A stretch of DNA of 44,653 nucleotides from the IMG/VR virus record IMGVR_UViG_3300009706_000019, positions 1-44,653 of that record; one strand, given 5' to 3'. This stretch comes from a virus (lineage: Duplodnaviria; Caudoviricetes). Each line of letters starts with the position of its first letter. Position 1 is the first letter of the stretch. A model generated the notes under the pieces. That model worked only from the letters and a program-made list of their open reading frames with translations. It was not told the origin of the DNA and made no database searches. A program made the translations under genes and the position numbers. This document shows positions 22,680 to 31,564 of the stretch, in pieces.

Positions 22680-24371
22680 TCATCCTATTGAAATATCGTC
22701 GATAGTGGTTTCCATCATAATCATTGCGGCTAGCATGTCGTAAGTATCGGCGTGCCGCTGGTGATCCTTCCCCTTTGACCACTCGTATCTTGGATTGCCC
22801 GCTACATCCTCCACAATTTTTCGGATTGGGGTAGTCATTTCTGCGGTGTACACGCCGCCTAGTATAGCATGATAGTTGTTAGGGAGTAAATTCTTTTTTA
22901 GGCGTATTTGCGCAAAACTTCTATCTAAAACTTCAGTCCGGTCTGCGTTTATTATTCGATTGATTAAATCGTAAGTTCGCCGGCGGTCGCTGCCCTCTTT
23001 GGCATAACGGCATAACCACGCTTCACAACCTAGCTCCCCCGCGCCAAGTTGAAAATCAGCCGCTAGGGTTATCTCAGGCATCGAATCCATTACGGCTTTT
23101 TCGACGTTGTAAAGTTGGATTAAGTCGTAGATATCATCCACACTGCGAACCTTGCCAACGTACACCGCCTGCCGTTCCCCACGAGAGCGTAAATAACTGA
23201 TGCGCACATCGAGCGTAGCTCCCACATCCACGCCCATAGAGCAGGGGCCGGGGTGTGAGTTTCCTTTAACATGGGCGCAATCTGAATGAACCACAAAATT
23301 GTAAGCGCCATCACCCGGCATTGTGCAATTGTCAAGCATCGTCGGGGTGACTTTGTTTCCGATAGCATCGAACGGAAGTCCCAAATCGGAATTAAAGAAT
23401 CGCTGCATCAAACCAGGATCGGTGATTGCACGTGAAAACCTATCCCACATCCCAGCTATGGGATTGATCATGTTGCACAGCATGGATAGGTGATAGCCCT
23501 CGACTTGCGAAGAAGGGTTACCCGGTACCCAATGACCTAAAGCGCTCGAACGCTCAAGGGCGCCCCCACACGTGGGACAGATCATGTCGATGTCGCGCTT
23601 ACAACCTTCGGCCCACTCGTCATCTCGTAATTTAAAGTCGATGACATTACCTTCCGCATCGACAATTTCCTCCACCACAACTGTAAACCAATCCGTCTCG
23701 TGAAACTCCCCGCATTTGCTACAGGGAATTTCCCATTCTCTCTGGTCAGACCTCATAAACATTTCATGGATACCTCTGTTTTTAATTCGCGGGTTTGCTA
23801 AGTATCTTTTGAATTGATACTTAGATGCCCGCAATCTATCCATTGCATATTCAATGTTGTCTAAATTACATTCATCGACTTCCTCGACGACAATTACATC
23901 AGCAGGAAACTCCTTGAAGTCGGATACTACATTACTCCCAACGTACTTGATCACCCCCTTTCCAAATGACTTGATTGCCATCGAATCGAAGAAACCTGCA
24001 CCCATGATTCTTTTATACTCTTTTACGTTTTGCACACAACGATCAACACGGTTCTGGACGTAAGTGTTGCGCATCTCGTACTTAGGCACTACGAAAAAAA
24101 CTGATAGCCCCACGTAAGCGCACGCTAAATGATCAATTACAATAAATTCGCTTTTGAAACTTTGCACGCTGCCCATCAAAACCATTTCACGCGCTGTGCT
24201 ATTGTATAAATCCCGAATGTGTGGGAAGTGGTCGAAGTCCATTGGCTCATCGTGGGTATTTCGATGATGCTTTAGCGCAAAATTTAACCTTGCCTCTTTT
24301 ACTTGAAGCAACTTCTCCAATACTAACAAATCGCGGTCTTTAATTTCCCGCAACGATTCGGATGTACTCAA
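22680..24371 (-). CDS. terL: Terminase large subunit (lambda gpA-like)
   Basis: Deviant Walker A GSVQSFKSE, Walker B IVVEEVD, Zn ribbon CSKC...CPTC, GYHLS, nuclease MGVDVG and DHQRHAD. Confidence 0.92.
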   Translation of the reverse strand: MSTSESLREIKDRDLLVLEKLLQVKEARLNFALKHHRNTHDEPMDFDHFPHIRDLYNSTAREMVLMGSVQSFKSEFIVIDHLACAYVGLSVFFVVPKYEMRNTYVQNRVDRCVQNVKEYKRIMGAGFFDSMAIKSFGKGVIKYVGSNVVSDFKEFPADVIVVEEVDECNLDNIEYAMDRLRASKYQFKRYLANPRIKNRGIHEMFMRSDQREWEIPCSKCGEFHETDWFTVVVEEIVDAEGNVIDFKLRDDEWAEGCKRDIDMICPTCGGALERSSALGHWVPGNPSSQVEGYHLSMLCNMINPIAGMWDRFSRAITDPGLMQRFFNSDLGLPFDAIGNKVTPTMLDNCTMPGDGAYNFVVHSDCAHVKGNSHPGPCSMGVDVGATLDVRISYLRSRGERQAVYVGKVRSVDDIYDLIQLYNVEKAVMDSMPEITLAADFQLGAGELGCEAWLCRYAKEGSDRRRTYDLINRIINADRTEVLDRSFAQIRLKKNLLPNNYHAILGGVYTAEMTTPIRKIVEDVAGNPRYEWSKGKDHQRHADTYDMLAAMIMMETTIDDISIG

Positions 24372-25030
24372 AGCGACAAACCCCGTTTGATTAGCTTTTC
24401 TATGCTCTGCTCAATTTCTGCCCGTGTCTTCTCGCGATCCTTCTTTTCTTCCTCGGTATCTTTGCGCCGTTCATCTGCCATAGTGTGATATATTTTTTCG
24501 GGTTCTACAGGAAGCACATTTGCTTTTTGTAACATCTCAATTTTCATTTGCCGCGCTCGTAAGGCTGCCTGCATAAACTTTACACGAACCGATTTCATTC
24601 TCGAATCATCATTACGACTAACTACCCCCGTGGCTGGGTCGATAGTAGTGGAATCCTCACGCATTAAGTTTATTTCATGCAGACAAATCTGCTCGAGTTT
24701 GCCTAACCACAATAGATGCTCCGAAAGTACATCTGCACCCGGTACCTGCTCGATTGTCTGCCGATGTTCGCGATACAAATCCTGCAACCACCTATAAATC
24801 GTGGACGGGGTAACGTCAAACATTTTTGCGATACCTTTGGTATCGTGCCCCATCATGGACCACTCAAACGCTTGCCACTTTTTTTCTTCGCTAGAAAGTG
24901 AGCGCGCTTTCCCGGTAACCTCCAACATAGGGGTAGCATCTTCGGGACCGTGGGGAGTCTCCGAAGGGTCGATGGGGGACTCGGCCAAAGCAGCTACAAG
25001 GTCAACAAGTTTTTTTGTATCGTCCGACAT
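24368..25030 (-). CDS. terS: Probable terminase small subunit (HTH)
   Basis: HTH GHDTKGIAKMFDVTPSTIYRWL; ATGA overlap with terL. Confidence 0.72.
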   Translation of the reverse strand: MSDDTKKLVDLVAALAESPIDPSETPHGPEDATPMLEVTGKARSLSSEEKKWQAFEWSMMGHDTKGIAKMFDVTPSTIYRWLQDLYREHRQTIEQVPGADVLSEHLLWLGKLEQICLHEINLMREDSTTIDPATGVVSRNDDSRMKSVRVKFMQAALRARQMKIEMLQKANVLPVEPEKIYHTMADERRKDTEEEKKDREKTRAEIEQSIEKLIKRGLSL

Positions 25031-25076
25031 AGTACCTCGCGGGCATTGTAGCGAAAAAAACTTTTGTTCGTCAAGA

Positions 25077-25799
25077 TCAACTTAGTTTTTCTTGGATTAC
25101 CTCTCGTATAAAGGCGTCCGCAGATTCACCCGACTCTCTCAAATGGGCCACGAGATTTTGCACAGCGTCCCACGTTTGGTCACTGCACAAAATAGCCATC
25201 TGCACTTTACCTTTGACAGTAAAAAAGAGGTAGCTCTGGTCAACAGTCGCCGCACCTTTGCATTCGTTAAAAATATTGGCCACAATTGACATTAAAGATT
25301 CTTGCGCTTCCATAGGCGCTTTCTCAGATGTTAAATCGTCCACAAATTCCGTATCCTGCGCTTCTTTTGCCTTGATAAAATACCTATCAAATTCTTTTTG
25401 GGTATCAAAGCCTAAAGCAGTCGGCATATCGTTGAGTTCTAATCCTGTTTGTGTTAGCTCATCGACAAGATCGGTAAATTTTCTTGCATTAAGTTTACCC
25501 GTTAAAAGATTTCTGCGTACCGTTTTTAGTTTCTGCTCAGACATATCCCAATCGTGAACATAGCAAGGCAATTCTTCCATACCTAACAAGCAAGCGGCAC
25601 GCCATCGATGTTCCCCCCCAATTATTACATACCCTTTACCCTTGTCATCTTTCACTACGTTTAGCGGCTGCTCAAATCCGTCTTCTTTTATTTCCTGCAT
25701 TAGCTGTTGAAATGTTTCCTCGCTTTGCTCATTAGGATTCCATTCGTTAGCACGCAGTAAATCTACGCTAAGCATTTTTGGCTTTGATACTTTTACCAT
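25077..25799 (-). CDS. ParB/Srx-like N-terminal domain protein
   Basis: LRANEWNPN, EDGFEQPL, YVIIGGEHRWRAA; common position upstream of TerS. Confidence 0.88.
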   Translation of the reverse strand: MVKVSKPKMLSVDLLRANEWNPNEQSEETFQQLMQEIKEDGFEQPLNVVKDDKGKGYVIIGGEHRWRAACLLGMEELPCYVHDWDMSEQKLKTVRRNLLTGKLNARKFTDLVDELTQTGLELNDMPTALGFDTQKEFDRYFIKAKEAQDTEFVDDLTSEKAPMEAQESLMSIVANIFNECKGAATVDQSYLFFTVKGKVQMAILCSDQTWDAVQNLVAHLRESGESADAFIREVIQEKLS

Positions 25800-25809
25800 T
25801 TTGTATTCC

Positions 25810-26436
25810 TTACACAATTAGTAGTGCGTCATTTGAACAAGATTCGTTTTGCAAGAGGTTTACAATTGTATCCTCTGCATCATCCCCGCTAGGCACCCTT
25901 CGATTAGGCATAGCCACAAACATAAAATCCACGGAATCAAATAGAGGGTAGAATTGCGACACGATAGCTTGGGTCGATGACTTTGCCGCGCTATACATAA
26001 TCTGCGAGTTGTCCGATTTCCGCTGGTCTAACAAAAAGATGACCCGAGAACCTTGAGGTAACACGTTTGCTTGATGGCAGTACAAAGTAAACAACAAAGG
26101 GCCAAACACATTTACGGTAAAATGCTTTGCCATGTCGAGCGTACTTATCAATCGGGGGTCTATTGCCTCGTGGCAAGCTACGGCATGAACCATACCATTT
26201 AGTTTTATCTTTTGATCTAATAGGTGAGTAGCTGCCGACACGGTATCATGTGCTTGCGAAAAATCGCACGATATCCAATACTTCAATTCTAGTTGTGAAT
26301 CGAAAATATCTTCTAGCATTGGTCGAATATGCCTTTGGATATCGTACACAATATGATCTCGAGAGCGTAGCGCATGAGAGATGGATGCACCATAGGATCG
26401 ACTGCCACCCGTGACTACGTATGATTTTTGTTTCAT
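25810..26436 (-). CDS. Short-chain dehydrogenase/reductase (SDR)
   Basis: VVTGGSRSYGASI Rossmann motif, FTVNVFGP, YSAAK (YxxxK). Confidence 0.8.
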   Translation of the reverse strand: MKQKSYVVTGGSRSYGASISHALRSRDHIVYDIQRHIRPMLEDIFDSQLELKYWISCDFSQAHDTVSAATHLLDQKIKLNGMVHAVACHEAIDPRLISTLDMAKHFTVNVFGPLLFTLYCHQANVLPQGSRVIFLLDQRKSDNSQIMYSAAKSSTQAIVSQFYPLFDSVDFMFVAMPNRRVPSGDDAEDTIVNLLQNESCSNDALLIV

Positions 26437-27089
26437 CGTAAACCCCCGGCTGGGCCTTGAGGTAGTACAATCTTAGATTTGCTTTCCTTCGAGTCGTTCT
26501 TTTTTCTCATTTCTTCTAAGTGTGTTATTTTTGCATCGATGTCAGTTGAAAAATCGTCAACAATGTTTTCCATTTGATCTTCAGAAATGGAAGTACAAGC
26601 AAGAATTGCTTTCACAAGAGAAGATAAAATAGCGACTTGCTGTGAGCAATGTATTTGTTGCTCTTTTATCCCCATCAAAACAGAAATTAAACTTTGCGGG
26701 TGTACTTGACCCTCTACGGTCATTCCAATTTTCACACTGCCCTCAACCCCTTGGATGGATGTCATCACACGGGACGCACTATCTTTAAATTTCTCGTTAT
26801 CAAAAACATCGAACATTTTTTTGGGTTCCTTTAGTGCATACGTCTGCACATTTTTTAAGTGTACTTTCCTATAGATGCCTTCCACCTGTAATGCTTTAAG
26901 TAACTGCTTGTGGGTAGCCACATCATAACCGGTAACATTACAAAGAGATTCAAAAGTTTCATTAAGAACATGATAAACTTTTGAGTACCCCGCACGCTCA
27001 AGTGCATTTTGTGCGCGAGTACCTAAACCGCTCCGCTCTAAAAAAGAAATTGGCTGATCGAGTAAAGCCTCTATTCTTTGCGGGTACAT
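26433..27089 (-). CDS. RNA polymerase alpha-CTD-like domain protein with helical C-terminal region
   Basis: LLDQPISFL...LGTRAQNALERAGYSKVYHVL...LCNVTGY matches the alpha-CTD pattern; start moved downstream of the terminator (AAGGA RBS; 27098 is an alternative). Confidence 0.7.
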   Translation of the reverse strand: MYPQRIEALLDQPISFLERSGLGTRAQNALERAGYSKVYHVLNETFESLCNVTGYDVATHKQLLKALQVEGIYRKVHLKNVQTYALKEPKKMFDVFDNEKFKDSASRVMTSIQGVEGSVKIGMTVEGQVHPQSLISVLMGIKEQQIHCSQQVAILSSLVKAILACTSISEDQMENIVDDFSTDIDAKITHLEEMRKKNDSKESKSKIVLPQGPAGGLR

Positions 27090-27138
27090 AATGTGCATCC
27101 TTGCTATTAACCAAGTTACCCTAGTATAGGCAGCGCAT

Positions 27139-27168
27139 AAAAAAAAGGCCCCCGGTAATGAGGGCCTT
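27139..27168 (-). terminator. Intrinsic terminator closing small-gene cassette 1
   Basis: GGCCCTC-ATTACC-GGGGGCC then T8. Confidence 0.85.
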
Positions 27169-27178
27169 AAAGTTTTGG

Positions 27179-27361
27179 CTAAGATACCAAACCCATCAAC
27201 ACTAATTCCTCTGCGCCATAAACTTTTTTCTCTCCACATTCCTCGCACTCATATTCGCGGGCATCCGGTTCGCAACAGGATCGCTCCGCGCCACACGCCA
27301 CACAAAACCCGCACATATTTTCCATACCTTCTTCGATCAATTCAAGTTCAAAAGTTCTCAT
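27179..27361 (-). CDS. Small Zn-ribbon protein
   Basis: GFCVACG...EPDAREYECEECG...VYGAEEL; GAAAGG RBS. Confidence 0.8.
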   Translation of the reverse strand: MRTFELELIEEGMENMCGFCVACGAERSCCEPDAREYECEECGEKKVYGAEELVLMGLVS

Positions 27362-27379
27362 AGGTTTTACCTTTCGTGT

Positions 27380-27709
27380 TTAGCAGAGGGTGGAAATGTT
27401 CTCGAGAATTCCCAAACCCTTGGCGTAAATTCCATCCTCTTTTGCAAACTTAACAATCGCTCTTTTAAATCCCCGCTTAGGCAGAGTATCGAAAGGCAGC
27501 ATTACTTTTACGTTTCTGCCGGCGAGTCTACCAAAACAATAGCTGACTCCCCAAATCGGGCAACCAGGATCAGATAGCAAACGGAGTCGCGTCACCTTCA
27601 ATCCCGGTTCAGTCCAGTCTACGGGACTTTTATAATCAACAGTTTCCAAATACGCTTGGAAGTCTTCGCCGCAGCCTTGGGTTTCCATTGGTATAGCACA
27701 AGTTTTCAT
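27380..27709 (-). CDS. Hypothetical phage protein
   Basis: Strong RBS GAAGGAGGACAAAACT-ATG at 27709. Confidence 0.75.
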   Translation of the reverse strand: MKTCAIPMETQGCGEDFQAYLETVDYKSPVDWTEPGLKVTRLRLLSDPGCPIWGVSYCFGRLAGRNVKVMLPFDTLPKRGFKRAIVKFAKEDGIYAKGLGILENISTLC

Positions 27710-27734
27710 AGTTTTGTCCTCCTTCAAAAAATTT

Positions 27735-27908
27735 CTAGACGTTGTGGTGATTACCTTCTGAGTCTATCCCGACTTCATCTTTGGTTACAGCGTGTCGGAG
27801 AAAGTAAAGGTTGCCGATTAAGTTGTAAACTTCCCAACCAACTTTGGTCAACTTTCGGATCGCTTGGTCCTGAGCAACAGTCGAAGCAGTAATAATTTCG
27901 TTAGCCAT
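27735..27908 (-). CDS. Hypothetical phage protein
   Basis: RBS AAGGAGG before ATG 27908; first gene after the promoter repeat. Confidence 0.65.
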   Translation of the reverse strand: MANEIITASTVAQDQAIRKLTKVGWEVYNLIGNLYFLRHAVTKDEVGIDSEGNHHNV

Positions 27909-27932
27909 AATTTCGCCCTCCTTTATAGGTCG

Positions 27933-27981
27933 TTTTTTCACTCCCCCTATTGTAGCTTGTATCGGCTACATTACAACCCCT
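27933..27981 (-). promoter_or_regulatory. Copy 1 of duplicated 49-bp promoter element
   Basis: 45/49 identical to 32207..32255; TTGTAA-16 nt-TACAAT on the minus strand; internal inverted repeat. Confidence 0.75.
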
Positions 27982-28052
27982 TCTTTAGTCTTTTTTAACC
28001 CTTGTTTTCTAGGGGTTTAGTCGCATTGCTTTGCTACGTCAACAAAGTCAAC

Positions 28053-28114
28053 AAAAAAACCCCGCTCTTATCGTGGTGATCGGGGCATGATAACCAACCA
28101 CAATAAGGCGGGGG
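28053..28114 (-). terminator. Long-stem intrinsic terminator
   Basis: CCCCGC-CTTATTGTGGT...ACCACGATAAG-A-GCGGGG then T7. Confidence 0.75.
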
Positions 28115-28131
28115 AAATATCAAAAGAGAAT

Positions 28132-28341
28132 CTAGTTACAACCACAACCTCTAAAACGTAGGAAGTGAATATGTCGATGGCCACATCGTTTAAAGGGCGC
28201 GAACCTAAAGGTAACACCACCCGCCTCGATCTCTACTTCAGCATGGCGGGAAAATCGATGACGAATAATATGTGCATCGGCGGGGGACGCAAGAAGTGTA
28301 AATGAAATACCAAACAACAGAGCAATAAGAAACTTGTTCAT
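28132..28341 (-). CDS. Small protein with signal peptide and basic His/Arg-rich tail
   Basis: MNKFLIALLFGISFTLLASPADA signal-like N-terminus; start revised to 28341. Confidence 0.6.
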   Translation of the reverse strand: MNKFLIALLFGISFTLLASPADAHIIRHRFSRHAEVEIEAGGVTFRFAPFKRCGHRHIHFLRFRGCGCN

Positions 28342-28383
28342 GGTGTGTATCCTTACGGTCAAGAAACGGTAAAAAAATGAGGT

Positions 28384-28399
28384 GTGCCTACGTAGGCAC
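28384..28399. promoter_or_regulatory. Perfect palindrome GTGCCTACGTAGGCAC (extends to 18 bp here)
   Basis: Exact copies at 32332 and 40441; intergenic. Confidence 0.65.
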
Positions 28400-28537
28400 A
28401 AATGCACCATTTTTTTTTTGAATGTGTTTTCAGGAGAGAGGGAGAGGTAGGAAGTGTTGGCGGGGTGTTGATATATTTTACGCCTCATAAGGAGGCTACA
28501 GTCTAATCGTGGTTTTTAGTTGCGCCTAGGGGGTAAT

Positions 28538-28999
28538 TTATTTTTTTGTTGAGCCGGCATATTCAATCGCCTCTACGGAAGTTGAAAAAATATCCTCGAG
28601 CGATACGGAATCAAATTTAGTTTTGTTTATTGCATAGAAGGCTGCAAATAATTCATGTGCTTCGGTTACCTGCTCCAATGCTTTTTGGTATTTCGACAAC
28701 ATCGAACCACCCGCTTTGATTGCTTCTTCTAGTTCACCCTCATATTCTTTTAGTTTGTGGGTATGCTGTTGTATTTTTTGATTTAATTTTAGGATACGCC
28801 CACGTGTTTTGCTTTCTGGTTTGGATACTGATTTAATAAGGCGAAGCGCTTTAGATATTTCAAACAAGGCTAACGCTGCTTTGATAATGGCCACTTCATT
28901 TTTGGAATCGTCGCGTATTGCTAAATCTGCCTCAAGTCGGATTTCTTTATCCTTTATTATCTTCAAGCTATCTCGCAAAGATTTTAAATCGTCGGCCAT
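28538..28999 (-). CDS. Coiled-coil hypothetical protein
   Basis: Abuts the upstream stop; heptad-rich. Confidence 0.7.
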   Translation of the reverse strand: MADDLKSLRDSLKIIKDKEIRLEADLAIRDDSKNEVAIIKAALALFEISKALRLIKSVSKPESKTRGRILKLNQKIQQHTHKLKEYEGELEEAIKAGGSMLSKYQKALEQVTEAHELFAAFYAINKTKFDSVSLEDIFSTSVEAIEYAGSTKK

Positions 29000-29413
29000 T
29001 TAAGAAGTCCGTATAGCGTACTCATCAAACGCTAGTATATTTTTAGGTTGGCTCCACAGTAGCCAAGCGCGATCATCCCCATTTTTAGATATTACATCCG
29101 AGGTGGCTTCTTCCCACGGAGCTATGGATAGATTTTCAAACGAGAGGACCGCAGAGTACACCCACGCGGGGAAGCCGTGTTCTTGTCTTAGGGGGGCATC
29201 TAATATCAGACCGGTATCGTGCAACTCGTCTCGATAGAAGAAAACCCCTAGATCGATCAAATACTTTTTACCCGCGCTAGCTATTTGAACATCATCATCA
29301 AATGGATCGCAGGGGAGTTCAAACAATGTGCGCATTGTGGGCGCTAGTTCTTTTGACGCATAAAATTGACATTGCAATAAACCTTCAACGCTCGTATGCC
29401 GTAAAGTCGCCAT
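29000..29413 (-). CDS. Hypothetical protein
   Basis: Operon packing; AAGGTG RBS. Confidence 0.7.
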   Translation of the reverse strand: MATLRHTSVEGLLQCQFYASKELAPTMRTLFELPCDPFDDDVQIASAGKKYLIDLGVFFYRDELHDTGLILDAPLRQEHGFPAWVYSAVLSFENLSIAPWEEATSDVISKNGDDRAWLLWSQPKNILAFDEYAIRTS

Positions 29414-29422
29414 AATTACACC

Positions 29423-29827
29423 TTATGTTCGGGGGTCAATATCTCGTTCATCGTAAATAGCCGGATCGGCCATGTGTAGTAGCTCGCAAATTAACGCGGT
29501 ACCTTTTTCGTTATGCTTAACGACTCGTAGTGCAGAGACTTCTAGGCTATCCAACCGCCCACGATTTGAGTCAATTAAAACGTCCTGCGATTCGGGGAGA
29601 ATCAAAACCTTTAGCGCTCTTGGGGTATCGTTATTAGTTAAATACCAGTCTGTGCATTGGTCATCGATTAGCGCGTTAGCAAACATCATAAGCACAATTT
29701 CGCCATGTTTATTTCGTCTACGCTCAACATGCACTTCCACGGGGGAATCGTCAATTGATTTCAGTATCTCACCCGCTTTTGGTTTGTTACTTGCCAACCA
29801 TTTAAATTTTTCGCTACGACTAGGCAT
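29423..29827 (-). CDS. Hypothetical protein
   Basis: ATG 29827 overlaps the upstream stop; GAGG RBS. Confidence 0.65.
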   Translation of the reverse strand: MPSRSEKFKWLASNKPKAGEILKSIDDSPVEVHVERRRNKHGEIVLMMFANALIDDQCTDWYLTNNDTPRALKVLILPESQDVLIDSNRGRLDSLEVSALRVVKHNEKGTALICELLHMADPAIYDERDIDPRT

Positions 29828-30242
29828 AAGATTTAACCTCGCGGGGGCCTTCTCCAAAGGTGGTGTCAACATAGTTTTTTATCCTGTATCGTTCATCGTT
29901 TAAAAAATAAACCGACCGTGCTAGGTGCATCCAATCCATAACGTGGGCATCCCCACGAAACACACCGGAAATGGGGAGGTGTTCAAATACGGACAAATCT
30001 AATTTGCGCAGGCGGTCTTCAACCTCCCACAGCTTTTCGTTTACTTCAAGCAGCTTTCGGTGTTCAATCAACATGGTAGGTGTTAAAACGTAATCGGAAG
30101 CGGTTAAAAAATGTTGTAGCTTGACTTTTTCTTTTTTGGCTACTACTTGTTTATCACCCGTTAATTTTTCGATCTTCAATTCGAGTATAGATAGCCTATC
30201 TAAAAGTTCACCTAAACCGATTTCTATTGTAACAGATTTCAT
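29820..30242 (-). CDS. DUF6165-like protein
   Basis: GELLDRLSILELK...VNEKLWEVED...ARSVYFLNDER...EVKSY pattern. Confidence 0.75.
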   Translation of the reverse strand: MKSVTIEIGLGELLDRLSILELKIEKLTGDKQVVAKKEKVKLQHFLTASDYVLTPTMLIEHRKLLEVNEKLWEVEDRLRKLDLSVFEHLPISGVFRGDAHVMDWMHLARSVYFLNDERYRIKNYVDTTFGEGPREVKSYA

Positions 30243-30254
30243 ATCGACTCTCGA

Positions 30255-30821
30255 TTAAACTTCGTACAGTTGGAATTTGTCGGGTTCTTGTGTCTGTACC
30301 ATTTCCCTTAAGACGGATGCCGCTAATTTAGCATCTACAATTGCGCGATGTCCGTGGCTATAAGTTACGCCAAACTCACGACAAATATTCTTTAGGGAAA
30401 ACCCCTTGGGTTTCCACCCGCGAGTGAGTGCGTGCATGTAGGCCATACTTGCAAGGCATATAGTTAGGTCGCTGTGCGGGTAGCTTAACCTTAATCGATT
30501 ATATTCTAGGCGCAATAGAAAAGAATCGAAACTTCCCCAAGACATTAACCGTGTACGTTTGTAATTCGTAAATTCTGCCCACGCTTTCCAACAATCTTTC
30601 CAAGGGGGAGCATTTTCTAAATCGTCCACATCGATTCCGGTGAGTTGGTACGAAAATTCAGAAAACAGTTCCATGTTTTCTGGTCGAATTAAAGTTTGAT
30701 GCTCATCAACTACTTTTAATTCCGAATCCAGTTTTAGTGCGCCGATCTCTACGAGATGGGGCATCCCCAACTGTAAATCAGTTGTTTCAACATCAAAGAT
30801 TATAACAAACGGATCGAGCAT
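30255..30821 (-). CDS. DEDDh 3'-5' exonuclease (DnaQ/ERI-1-like)
   Basis: FDVETT, EIGA, LTGI, WGSFD, HRAIVDA. Confidence 0.9.
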   Translation of the reverse strand: MLDPFVIIFDVETTDLQLGMPHLVEIGALKLDSELKVVDEHQTLIRPENMELFSEFSYQLTGIDVDDLENAPPWKDCWKAWAEFTNYKRTRLMSWGSFDSFLLRLEYNRLRLSYPHSDLTICLASMAYMHALTRGWKPKGFSLKNICREFGVTYSHGHRAIVDAKLAASVLREMVQTQEPDKFQLYEV

Positions 30822-30826
30822 GGTGT

Positions 30827-30899
30827 AAAAAACCGTGCCGCAGATAGTTGTGATTGCGGAACGCGGATGAAATATCCACTCGACTATCTTACGGCACGG
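30827..30899 (-). terminator. Long branched stem-loop with T6 tract (terminator or structured leader)
   Basis: CCGTGCCGT-A-AGATAGT...ACTATCT-GCGGCACGG plus inner hairpin GTGGAT/ATCCGC. Confidence 0.6.
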
Positions 30900-30915
30900 C
30901 GGGGAATGTAGTTAT

Positions 30916-31389
30916 TTAACAATCGGAAAGCGCGTTATACAGCGATGAGAGATTTCTCCAAGTAATCATGCGATTTAAACCATTGGAAGCATCCGTTCCG
31001 TCAATACTTTTGGATTCAAATGCTAAACCCTCTTTTGAAACGCATAGAGTCAAGCACAAATCTTTAACCGCATCATCCGAAGTTGAAATGTCTAGCAGCA
31101 ACGGAATTTCTGCAAGGCTCAACGTCATTTTAACTTGCTTAGGAATTTTGCAAACATCTTCAGCACGCTTCTTTGCCTTCAACCGCATTTTAAGTTTTTC
31201 TCTCGCCTTAACAATCGCTGGTGGTGTCGTTTTTTCAGGTACAGCAAGTGCTTTGCGCGTGTTGTAAAACATCGCGTCTGAAATATGGAATTTTTCCATC
31301 ACTTCTTTTTTTGTAGCTTCGGGATTCTGCACCAAATATTCCCTAACCAATTTCGTCTTCTCGCCACGCTTCAATGTTAAATTAGCCAT
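30916..31389 (-). CDS. Putative DNA-binding protein (N-terminal HTH-like)
   Basis: VREYLVQNPEATKKEVMEKFHISDAMFYN; GAAAGG RBS. Confidence 0.6.
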   Translation of the reverse strand: MANLTLKRGEKTKLVREYLVQNPEATKKEVMEKFHISDAMFYNTRKALAVPEKTTPPAIVKAREKLKMRLKAKKRAEDVCKIPKQVKMTLSLAEIPLLLDISTSDDAVKDLCLTLCVSKEGLAFESKSIDGTDASNGLNRMITWRNLSSLYNALSDC

Positions 31390-31518
31390 AGTTACCTTTC
31401 AAGGAGTTGTGTGTTGGCGCTTTGCCTACACAAGAATTTAAATACAAGCGATTGGGGGTTCCCCCTCACCCATAGTAATCCTTAACCCCGCTGCTAGCTA
31501 AATGTCAAGCAGCTATGC

Positions 31519-31552
31519 AAAAAAAAACACCCCACCAAATGGTAGGGTGTTT
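31519..31552 (-). terminator. Intrinsic terminator closing small-gene cassette 2
   Basis: CACCCTACC-ATTT-GGTGGGGTG then T9. Confidence 0.88.
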
Positions 31553-31564
31553 CAGGTGCCTAGT

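Noticed and set aside
25010-25030. TerS N-terminus MSDDTKK resembles the internal scaffold start MSDDTQK (3565)
   Set aside because: Short and low complexity; MSD starts are common, so probably chance
27090-27248. N-terminal extension of the 271-aa ORF in the track
   Set aside because: Crosses a terminator and overlaps the Zn-ribbon gene; real start is 27089 or 27098
27909-27941. GTG starts at 27941 and 32215 preceded by AGGGGGA
   Set aside because: They lie inside the promoter repeat; stronger GGAGG-ATG starts are 33 nt downstream in both cassettes, though a leader role cannot be excluded
30827-30899. 73-nt structured element considered as tRNA
   Set aside because: No T-loop GTTCRA in the right place, no cloverleaf or CCA; ends in a U-tract
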